Shown: positions 19,910 through 26,591, counted from the stretch's first letter. The stretch is DNA of 32,000 nt from Coprobacillaceae bacterium (GCA_963675515.1 OY776328.1:240001-272000), one strand, 5' to 3'. Numbers and translations are program-made. Notes: generated by a model from the sequence alone, not told the origin.

Positions 19910-19934
19910 GGCCTAGTATCACTACTAGACCAAT
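19910..19934. repeat. Long target duplication of the IS1634-like element (right copy)
   Basis: Identical to 17863-17887. Confidence 0.85.
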
Positions 19935-19966
19935 ATCAGTTAAAACATATTTCAGTATAGATTTAA

Positions 19967-19998
19967 ACCGCCGTATGCCGGCCGGCTTGTACGGTGGT
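19967..19998 (+). ncRNA. Group II intron domain V (class C type)
   Basis: ACCGCCGUAU-GCC-GGCC-GGC-UU-GUACGGUGGU. This folds as a 10-bp lower helix, a 2-nt 3' bulge, a 3-bp upper helix and a tetraloop. CGC occupies the catalytic-triad position. Length is 32 nt. Confidence 0.8.
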
Positions 19999-19999
19999 G

Positions 20000-20019
20000 T
20001 TATCCCGATATCGGGATAA
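20000..20019. repeat. Perfect 20-bp palindrome at the left RIT/intron junction
   Basis: TTATCCCGATATCGGGATAA. It consists of two inverted copies of the 9-mer TTATCCCGA, which also recurs inside both RIT inverted repeats. Confidence 0.9.
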
Positions 20020-20023
20020 TCAA

Positions 20024-20107
20024 ACTTATACCGACTTTTGGATTATCCCGACAAATATGTATTTTTGAGGGATAGTCTCTTTTTGTATTATTAAAAGTCG
20101 GGATAAT
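20024..20107. repeat. RIT left terminal inverted repeat (84 bp)
   Basis: Matches the reverse complement of 23367-23450 at 79/84 positions by hand alignment. Confidence 0.9.
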
Positions 20108-20147
20108 TTTATTTTCAGTCTATAATGTAGTTAGGAGGTAGTTTGAA

Positions 20148-21377
20148 ATGAAAAATTTGAATAGTATCGACGAATTAGTTCAGCTTGCTTTAAATAACCT
20201 GAAGTCTCAAGGCTATAATGAACTTACCATTCAGGCCTACGAATCCAGCTACTTTAACCCCATTTTGAAAAGATATTCTGACTTAAACCAAATCAACTAT
20301 AGTCAAGAAATTATGGATTCACTGCTAAAGCTCTATCTTTCGCAACTTCAAAACAAAATTATTAGTAGGACCACCTATAATAAAAGAGTGCGTGGCGTCT
20401 TAATGATCACCGAACTTAATGATTTCGGTTCCTTCAAGTGGAAAGTTTTCACATTTAAGGATGAAATCCCTATATCATCAGGGTTCAAAATGACAATAAA
20501 AGAATATTTGAAAAATAGAGATGTATCTATTAGGACCCTTCAATTTGAAGAGCGAATCCTATATTTATTTTCAAATTTTCTAAACAATCATGATATTTTG
20601 CAACCGAAATTAATAAGTACTAGCGATATAGTGGAATTTATTAAAATCATCTCTAAGGATAACCCAAAATCCATGGATAGAATACTCACTTGTTTGAAAA
20701 AATATTTAGTTAATTTGTACAGAAATAAAAAGATTGATTTTGATATAAGCTCCATCGTTTCCTTTGGTAAAATACGAGACAGGGCATTATATCCGCCGAT
20801 AGATATGATTGATCTTGTAGGAATTTTAAATTCAATTGATAGGGAGACACCTACCGGAAAAAGAAATTATGCGATTATAATATTGGGTGCAATGACAGGG
20901 CTAAGAGCTGGAGATATAGTACGGATTCAGCTTGAAGATATTGATTGGAAAAAACGCAAATTAAATATAGTTCAGGGGAAAACAAATAGTCCCATATCAG
21001 TGCCATTAACTGAGAGTGTCTGTAATGCAATTGCGGACTACATTCTAAATGGAAGACCCAAAACAGATGATAATAGTATTTTTATAAGATCCATAGCTCC
21101 TTTTACGGGGCTTAAAGACGGCTGTTCTATCGCTTCTTTTTTTAGAAGGTATCTATTAAAGGCTGGAATTGAACCATCCCTTAAAACCGGGAACACTTTC
21201 CACTCTATTAGGCGGATGTTTGGGACTCAATTGATTATCAACGGTGTTCCGGTTACAATGATTGCCCAGCTTTTGGGTCACCAATCAGTCATACCTACTA
21301 AGCAATATATTTCACTTGATGTTGAGGGTTTGAGAAAGTGTGCGTTATCGATGGAAACACTTGATGGTAGATTATGA
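20148..21377 (+). CDS. ritA: Tyrosine recombinase, first of trio
   Basis: 409 aa. Catalytic residues in context: GLRAGD (R), GKTNS (K), HSIRR (H-x-x-R), GHQS (H), KQYISL (Y). Preceded by GGAGG. Confidence 0.8.
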   Translation: MKNLNSIDELVQLALNNLKSQGYNELTIQAYESSYFNPILKRYSDLNQINYSQEIMDSLLKLYLSQLQNKIISRTTYNKRVRGVLMITELNDFGSFKWKVFTFKDEIPISSGFKMTIKEYLKNRDVSIRTLQFEERILYLFSNFLNNHDILQPKLISTSDIVEFIKIISKDNPKSMDRILTCLKKYLVNLYRNKKIDFDISSIVSFGKIRDRALYPPIDMIDLVGILNSIDRETPTGKRNYAIIILGAMTGLRAGDIVRIQLEDIDWKKRKLNIVQGKTNSPISVPLTESVCNAIADYILNGRPKTDDNSIFIRSIAPFTGLKDGCSIASFFRRYLLKAGIEPSLKTGNTFHSIRRMFGTQLIINGVPVTMIAQLLGHQSVIPTKQYISLDVEGLRKCALSMETLDGRL

Positions 21378-22324
21378 AATTCATATATGAATATATCCCC
21401 GAAATGATTAATTATCGAATTGATTTAGGGTATTCGTTGCAACCAACTTCTTGGTATCTTAAAGATTTTTCCAGATACTTGAAGAAAAATTTTCCCAGTG
21501 AAACAATGCTTACTCAAGAAATGATCATGCCTTGGTGTGTGCAAAGGAAAACTGAGCAGGCGTGCAGTTTTCGATCTAGAATGTCATCAATAAGACAATT
21601 TACACTTTACCTTTTTGCGAACGGAGCTTCCAATTTTGTACTTGATTTGAATTTCTTACCTAAAATCACAAGATATGTACCCTATATATTTACAAACATG
21701 GAGCTTAAAACCATTTTTGAAATGGCTGATAGTAAAAAATATATCAAACCGATTACAGCTAAAAATAGAATCATATCTGTAATCTATCGATTGATATACT
21801 TTTGTGGTCTTCGGCCAAACGAAGGTCGTGAAATAATGAAAAAAGATTTGGACTTGGATAACGGAACTATACTTATTAGAAAAAACAAAAATCATAAGGA
21901 ACGTCTAATTCCAATGGCAGCTGATGTAACAGATATGATGCGCGAGTATATCGATGAAATGAAGTTAATATTTCCAAATACTGATTATGTTTTTCCATCT
22001 CCAACCGGGCTTCCATATCATTCAAAATGGTTAAGGACGGAATTCTTGAAGATTTGGGATGAGATAAAACCCGAGGGTGGTAGAGCTCGTGTAAGAGTAT
22101 ACGATTTACGTCATCGCTGGGCGACAACTGTCATGATGAAACTCTTAAACGATGGTGAAGATTTATATTCATTGCTTCCCTACATGAGTGCCTATATGGG
22201 TCATTCCAATTTCGAAGACACGGCTTATTATATTCACTTACTACCAGAGGAATTAATTAAATCATCTGAAGTTGATTGGGAAAGGTTTTCCTCAATCATT
22301 CCTGAGGTGTCTAAGTATGACTGA
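21374..22324 (+). CDS. ritB: Tyrosine recombinase, second of trio
   Basis: 316 aa. Catalytic contexts: GLRPNEG, LRHRW, GHSN, AYYIHL. ATGA start/stop overlap with the first gene. Confidence 0.8.
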   Translation: MKFIYEYIPEMINYRIDLGYSLQPTSWYLKDFSRYLKKNFPSETMLTQEMIMPWCVQRKTEQACSFRSRMSSIRQFTLYLFANGASNFVLDLNFLPKITRYVPYIFTNMELKTIFEMADSKKYIKPITAKNRIISVIYRLIYFCGLRPNEGREIMKKDLDLDNGTILIRKNKNHKERLIPMAADVTDMMREYIDEMKLIFPNTDYVFPSPTGLPYHSKWLRTEFLKIWDEIKPEGGRARVRVYDLRHRWATTVMMKLLNDGEDLYSLLPYMSAYMGHSNFEDTAYYIHLLPEELIKSSEVDWERFSSIIPEVSKYD

Positions 22325-23366
22325 AAATTCATTATGTTTCTTCAAAATGATTAGAGATTATTTTGAGTCTTTCTTACCAAAACAAAAAGGAAACAGCTTC
22401 AACACAATCAAATCCTATAAAATCACTATGAATCAATTTCTAAAACATGCATGTAGCGCCAATAAAATCAAACTATCTGAATTTTGCTTCGAGATGACCT
22501 CGGTTAAGCTGCTTGAGAATTTTTTGGATGACGGTGAGCAATATTCCGGGTGGTCCTGCAGTACTAGAAATCAGAAACTGGCAGCCATACGTTCGTTTTA
22601 CAAATATGTTGCCTCTCGTAATATTTCTTTAATGGCATATTACCAAGAACTACTTGCGGTCCCAATGAAAAAGATGTCCAAGAATAATCAGATTGAATAC
22701 TTCTCCGAAAATGTTTTAGAAACATTACTTAGGCAGCCAAACACAAAAACAAAAAAAGGAATACGGGATTTGGTTTTCATGATACTAATGTATGACACTG
22801 GAGCTAGAATTCAGGAAATTTTGGATCTCAAAATTGGAGACCTATTCCTATTTAGTGAAGTCCCGTACGTGAAACTAACTGGAAAGGGCAGTAAAGTAAG
22901 ATTAGTCCCAATTATGGAAAAAACGGTAAACCACTTGAAAAATTATCTATCGATATTTCACTTAAAATCAAAAGACGATAGCTTCGTTTTTTGTTCAAAA
23001 CGAAAGGAAATCATCAGTCAACTGTCGCCAGACGCTGTTCAAAAATTTATTGATAAATATTGTGCATCCGCTCATGATGTAGATGAAGAAGTACCTATTC
23101 ATATTTATCCGCATATGTTCCGCCATTCTAGAGCCATGCATTTATATCATGGTGGAATGCCGCTACCACTTATTTCCGAATGGCTTGGACACGCGCAAGT
23201 TTCTACAACAATGGAATTCTATGCGCAGCCAACATTAGAAATGAAAAAACAGGCAATTGAGCAGGCTACAGAAGCAATTAGCCCCTTAATAAATATTTCT
23301 AATAAATACAATCTGGATTTTGAAAATGATGAAGAACTGATCAAAAGGCTTTATGGATTGATATGA
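22317..23366 (+). CDS. ritC: Tyrosine recombinase, third of trio
   Basis: About 349 aa from the ATG at 22317, which overlaps the second gene by 8 nt. Catalytic contexts: TGARIQE, FRHSRA, GHAQVSTT, EFYAQ. Confidence 0.8.
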   Translation: MTENSLCFFKMIRDYFESFLPKQKGNSFNTIKSYKITMNQFLKHACSANKIKLSEFCFEMTSVKLLENFLDDGEQYSGWSCSTRNQKLAAIRSFYKYVASRNISLMAYYQELLAVPMKKMSKNNQIEYFSENVLETLLRQPNTKTKKGIRDLVFMILMYDTGARIQEILDLKIGDLFLFSEVPYVKLTGKGSKVRLVPIMEKTVNHLKNYLSIFHLKSKDDSFVFCSKRKEIISQLSPDAVQKFIDKYCASAHDVDEEVPIHIYPHMFRHSRAMHLYHGGMPLPLISEWLGHAQVSTTMEFYAQPTLEMKKQAIEQATEAISPLINISNKYNLDFENDEELIKRLYGLI

Positions 23367-23450
23367 GTTATCCCGACTTTTAATAATCCAAAAAAGGACT
23401 ATCCCTCAAAAATACATAATTGTCGGGATAATCCAAAAGTCGGTATAAGT
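23367..23450. repeat. RIT right terminal inverted repeat (84 bp)
   Basis: Reverse complement of 20024-20107, with 5 mismatches. Confidence 0.9.
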
Positions 23451-23455
23451 GGTGT

Positions 23456-23503
23456 GAGAGGTCGAAAATAAATAGGGAAACTATTTATTTTCTCCTACTC
23501 GAT
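23456..23503 (+). ncRNA. Putative group II intron domain VI and 3' end
   Basis: The helix is GAGAGG..G-AAAAUAAAUAG-GGAAA-CUAUUUAUUUU-C.CCU-A-CUC. An unpaired A at 23497 is the 7th nucleotide from a terminal ...GAU (AY) at 23503. Confidence 0.55.
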
Positions 23504-24234
23504 TAATGTCCATTTGAATTTTGGCCCGAACCGACTTGGCCCCCGGAACCTTGGGCGTTTTGGTTTGAATTGGTGTTTTCGCCACCGTTGTCTGTGTTTC
23601 CGTTCTGGCTGTTGTTGCCATTTTGATTCTGCTCCTGATTCTTGATTTGCATCTGGAGCTGGTTATATGACAGTTTGAAGCAGTCTTCAATGTCCGAATC
23701 AGGGTCGAGCTGGGCCAATCTCAAACATGCATGGTATTTGCCAAAGGTCATATTGTATTGATGGGCGATTTGGTAATTGTTCTGCTGGGCTTCGACGAAT
23801 CCGGTCAACGCACTGTCGATTTTGGCATTGTCGTTGAAGTAGACAACAGTTATTGTCACCGGATTGCCAACTTTGGCTTGGAGATTTTCGATGACATCAA
23901 GATAATTGTCATGCAGATAATCATGTTCTCCTATGAGTGCTGTGCTGGAATCGTCATATCCCATGATTTTGATAACTTCGTTATTCGAATCAACTTCCAA
24001 TTCCACGGCCATATCTCCATCCAGGGACAATGCCATTACTGCCTGGGACTTGTTGAAATAGTTGAAAGATAAGAACACCGCGAGAAATATCGCCAGACTT
24101 GAAAGCACGGCTTTTGAAAAATATGGTATACGCCTTTTTTTTGTTGCCGGTCGATAAATATGGTTCAACGTCTGGTTTTTTAGCTCCGGCGATGCTTTTA
24201 TCCGATCAAAATCGGATTTAAATTTTTCATTCAT
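23503..24234 (-). CDS. Membrane anti-sigma factor (single TM) with an N/Q/G-rich C-terminal tail
   Basis: Short cytoplasmic N-terminus, a TM segment (AVLSSLAIFLAVFLSF), an extracytoplasmic domain, and the tail NQEQNQNGNNSQNGNTDNGGENTNSNQNAQGSGGQVGSGQNSNGH. Overlaps the 3' end of the ECF sigma gene. The second ATG (24234) has better SD spacing than 24243. Confidence 0.7.
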   Translation of the reverse strand: MNEKFKSDFDRIKASPELKNQTLNHIYRPATKKRRIPYFSKAVLSSLAIFLAVFLSFNYFNKSQAVMALSLDGDMAVELEVDSNNEVIKIMGYDDSSTALIGEHDYLHDNYLDVIENLQAKVGNPVTITVVYFNDNAKIDSALTGFVEAQQNNYQIAHQYNMTFGKYHACLRLAQLDPDSDIEDCFKLSYNQLQMQIKNQEQNQNGNNSQNGNTDNGGENTNSNQNAQGSGGQVGSGQNSNGH

Positions 24235-24706
24235 TAAAATCATCTCCTAGCTGTTTTTTCAATAATTCGCGGCCTCTTTTCAAGTCGCTGTAAATGCTGT
24301 TGGTTTTCCTGTTGAGGATCTTGGAAATCTGGTCGGCGGTGTAACCCTCATAATAGTGAAGGTAGATGGCCAACTTGTAATTCTTGGGCAACATCAGAAC
24401 CGCTGAAATAAGGTCGCTGTTGCCAAAATTTTCCTCGGTCTGGATGTCCCTTAGCTGGTCGATGTCCACCGTCTTTTTGAATATGTTTTTGAATGTGTTC
24501 TTGCATTCATTGATGGTGACTCTTATCAACCAGGCTTTTTCATGATCCAATGACTCAAAAGGAGTTTCACGAGTAGCGTATTTTAAGAAGACATTTTGAA
24601 ATACGTCCTGACAATCCGCATCGTTTTTCAAGTTCAAAATGCAGATTTTTTTTATCATGTCTCCGTATTGGTCAATCTTCATTCGACAGATATCTTCGCT
24701 AATCAT
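24227..24706 (-). CDS. ECF-type sigma-70 family RNA polymerase sigma factor
   Basis: 159 aa. Region 2 (DCQDVFQNVFLKY...AWLIRVTINECKN) and region 4 (YEGYTADQISKILNRKTNSIYSDLKRGRELL). Confidence 0.88.
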   Translation of the reverse strand: MISEDICRMKIDQYGDMIKKICILNLKNDADCQDVFQNVFLKYATRETPFESLDHEKAWLIRVTINECKNTFKNIFKKTVDIDQLRDIQTEENFGNSDLISAVLMLPKNYKLAIYLHYYEGYTADQISKILNRKTNSIYSDLKRGRELLKKQLGDDFNE

Positions 24707-24736
24707 AGTAATCTCCTTTAGACAGACAAAAGAATG

Positions 24737-25168
24737 TTATTGCTTACTATAATTATGCTCCGATTGTGATTGGTTTGCAAATGCATTCTCGTTGTCACAT
24801 TCGTTTTGGCATTCACCGTCATTGTCCTGAGTTTGGACTCTTTGACGGGTTTGAGCTTGGGTCTGTTCCTGATCCTGAGTTTGAACCTCTGCTTGTTCTT
24901 GAGACTGGGTCTGGTTTTGAACACAATTTCTATTTCTTGTTTGCGTTTGAACTTGTTCTTGGGTCTGGTCGCATGTACCGTCTCCTTGTGAGTTTTCTCC
25001 CACTAGATCACAAATACCATCTTCGTTTTCATCCACGAAGTTTGATGCCTGCAATATTGTCGCTTCACCTGAAGCGTTTTGGGCTACCGGACCTGCCTGG
25101 GCCATTACCGTAGTCGCACCTGAACCGAGCATTACCATTAAAACTGAACTGATTACAATGTTTTTCAT
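24737..25168 (-). CDS. Small secreted acidic Q/T-rich Cys-motif protein, copy 1 (co-transcribed with the sigma/anti-sigma genes)
   Basis: Signal peptide MKNIVISSVLMVMLGSGATTVMAQA. The mature part contains FVDENEDGICD, GDGTCDQ and DNDGECQNECD. GGAGG SD. Only 30 nt and no terminator separate it from the sigma gene. Confidence 0.8.
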   Translation of the reverse strand: MKNIVISSVLMVMLGSGATTVMAQAGPVAQNASGEATILQASNFVDENEDGICDLVGENSQGDGTCDQTQEQVQTQTRNRNCVQNQTQSQEQAEVQTQDQEQTQAQTRQRVQTQDNDGECQNECDNENAFANQSQSEHNYSKQ

Positions 25169-25192
25169 TTTATATTCCTCCTGTTTTCACAA

Positions 25193-25224
25193 CTAATACA
25201 ATTGAAAGTTGGAAATCCTTGCAA
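25193..25224 (-). promoter_or_regulatory. Conserved promoter-like bipartite motif upstream of copy 1 (candidate ECF-dependent promoter)
   Basis: Minus strand: TTGCAAGGATTTCC, 10 nt, TGTATTAG. Both blocks are identical in all three copies; the spacer differs in this copy. Confidence 0.45.
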
Positions 25225-25464
25225 CTTTTTTTGTTTTTTCAAATAATATTGCAAAACTTAATTAACCGTAAAATACATATTAGTTCGATATTTGGTTATT
25301 GTCACTTTTGAAAAACTACCAAACATTGGCTTTTTGGGTGTAAGTAATATTTCTACGGTACCAAAAATAAACTCCAAGATGCATATGGTGGCTAATTAAG
25401 TTACAAAACGGACAATACAGTTTATCGTGAACTATCGAATAGGGGCCATTTCCTTTTCGCAACA

Positions 25465-25488
25465 GAAAAAGCGCAAATATTGCGCTTT
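25465..25488 (-). terminator. Intrinsic terminator after copy 2
   Basis: Minus strand: GCGCAA-TAT-TTGCGC followed by TTTTTCT. Confidence 0.7.
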
Positions 25489-25511
25489 CAGGGTTCATAT
25501 GGTCCCTTATA

Positions 25512-25940
25512 TTATTGATTGTTGCCAAGACTGTAAGATGACTGTGTTTGGTTTGCCAATGCATTCTCATTGTCACATTCGTTTTGACATTCACCGTCAT
25601 TGTCCTGAGTTTGGATTCTTTGACGGGTTTGAGCTTGGGTCTGATCCTGAGTTTGAGCCTCTGCTTGTTCTTGAGACTGGGTCTGGTTTTGAATACAATT
25701 TCTGTTTCTTGTTTGCGTTTGAGCTTGTTCTTGGGTCTGGTCGCATGTACCGTCTCCTTGTGAGTTTTCTCCCACTAGATCACAAATACCATCTTCGTTT
25801 TCATCCACGAAGTTTGATGCCTGCAATGTTGTCGCTTCACCTGAAGCGTTTTGGGCTACCGGACCTGCCTGGGCCATTACCGTAGTCGCACCTGAACCGA
25901 GCATTACCATTAAAACTGAACTGATTACAATGTTTTTCAT
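25512..25940 (-). CDS. Small secreted acidic Q/T-rich Cys-motif protein, copy 2
   Basis: 142 aa. Near-identical to copies 1 and 3 apart from a few substitutions, one in-frame indel, and a different C-terminus from copy 1. Confidence 0.8.
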   Translation of the reverse strand: MKNIVISSVLMVMLGSGATTVMAQAGPVAQNASGEATTLQASNFVDENEDGICDLVGENSQGDGTCDQTQEQAQTQTRNRNCIQNQTQSQEQAEAQTQDQTQAQTRQRIQTQDNDGECQNECDNENALANQTQSSYSLGNNQ

Positions 25941-25964
25941 TTTATATTCCTCCTGTTTTCACAA

Positions 25965-25996
25965 CTAATACAACTTCAACCCGGAAATCCTTGCAA
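25965..25996 (-). promoter_or_regulatory. Conserved promoter-like bipartite motif upstream of copy 2
   Basis: TTGCAAGGATTTCC, 10 nt (GGGTTGAAGT), TGTATTAG. Confidence 0.45.
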
Positions 25997-26085
25997 CTAT
26001 TTTTATTTTTTTCAAATTTTATTACAAAACGGACAATGCAGTTTATCGAGAACTATCGAATAGGGGCCATTTCCTTTTCGCAATA

Positions 26086-26109
26086 GAAAAAGCGCAAATA
26101 TTGCGCTTT
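26086..26109 (-). terminator. Intrinsic terminator after copy 3
   Basis: Same hairpin GCGCAA-TAT-TTGCGC plus TTTTTCT as after copy 2. Confidence 0.7.
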
Positions 26110-26132
26110 CAGGGTTCATATGGTCCCTTATA

Positions 26133-26567
26133 TTATTGATTGTTGCCAAGACTGTAAGATGACTGTGTTTGGTTTGCCAATGCGTTCTCATTGTCACATT
26201 CGTTTTGACATTCACCGTCATTGTCCTGAGTTTGGACTCTTTGACGGGTTTGAGCTTGGGTCTGATCCTGATCCTGAGTTTGAGCCTCTGCTTGTTCTTG
26301 AGACTGGGTCTGGTTTTGAACACAATTTCTGTTTCTTGTTTGCGTTTGAGCTTGTACTTGGGTCTGGTCGCAAGTACCATCTCCTTGTGAGTTTTCTCCC
26401 ACTAGATCACAAATACCATCTTCGTTTTCATCCACGAAGTTTGATGCCTGCAATGTTGTCGCTTCACCTGAAGCGTTTTGGGCTACCGGACCTGCCTGGG
26501 CCATTACCGTAGTCGCACCTAAACCGAGCATTACCATTAAAACTGAACTGATTACAATGTTTTTCAT
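26133..26567 (-). CDS. Small secreted acidic Q/T-rich Cys-motif protein, copy 3
   Basis: 144 aa, with the same architecture as the other copies. Confidence 0.8.
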   Translation of the reverse strand: MKNIVISSVLMVMLGLGATTVMAQAGPVAQNASGEATTLQASNFVDENEDGICDLVGENSQGDGTCDQTQVQAQTQTRNRNCVQNQTQSQEQAEAQTQDQDQTQAQTRQRVQTQDNDGECQNECDNENALANQTQSSYSLGNNQ

Positions 26568-26591
26568 TTTAAATTCCTCCTGTTTTCACAA

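Larger units (their letters stand above)
15255..19960 (+). pseudogene. Group II intron reverse transcriptase/maturase, split into three pieces by two IS insertions
   Basis: The pieces are 15255-16251, 17627-17887 and 19935-19960. RT motifs present: GIDG, RRVEIPKADGGTRNLGVPT, YGFRP, DIDLEKFFDNI, QGGPLSPLLSN, YADD. The X/thumb domain GWINY|YKIGNF is broken by IS256. After removing the inserts the frame is continuous, giving 427 aa with no En domain. Confidence 0.85.
20001..23450 (+). mobile_element. Recombinase-in-trio (RIT) element
   Basis: Three consecutive, overlapping tyrosine-recombinase genes flanked by 84-bp inverted repeats. Bracketed by the direct repeat (GT)GGTGT (19994-20000 and 23449-23455). 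Visibly more AT-rich than the flanking DNA. Confidence 0.8.
14732..23503 (+). mobile_element. Class C (IIC) group II intron, carrying three nested insertions
   Basis: The 5' end GTATGCCGGGCATGG... starts right after the terminator T-run. Domain-I-like motifs are present (GGTGAAAGTCC, GGAATCTGAAAGAAG, GAGGAACACGAA). There is an RT/maturase ORF, a 32-nt domain V with a CGC triad (19967-19998), and a domain-VI-like hairpin with a bulged A (23456-23503). Reconstructed length without the inserts is 1895 bp. Confidence 0.8.

Noticed and set aside
23465-23491. AT-rich 11-bp hairpin (AAAATAAATAG/CTATTTATTTT) as the intrinsic terminator of the anti-sigma gene.
   Set aside because: On the minus strand no U-run follows it. 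It fits better as the upper helix of intron domain VI, with a bulged A and AY end in the right register. The original terminator of the anti-sigma gene is probably the scrB hairpin, now 8.8 kb away. Some terminator activity cannot be excluded.
24766-26512. Long plus-strand ORFs (115-152 aa and 71-73 aa) antisense to the three secreted-protein genes.
   Set aside because: They have no SD or sensible start context. They repeat only because the underlying minus-strand genes repeat. The low-complexity CAG/ACC-rich coding sequence keeps the antisense frames open. The minus-strand genes have GGAGG sites, signal peptides and terminators.
15141-26567. Possible diversity-generating retroelement: a reverse transcriptase near near-identical repeated coding segments.
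   Set aside because: The RT has the group II maturase/X domain and sits inside intron RNA domains. Differences between the three paralogs are of mixed substitution types plus an indel, not adenine-specific. The repeats are whole genes with promoters, not a TR/VR pair.
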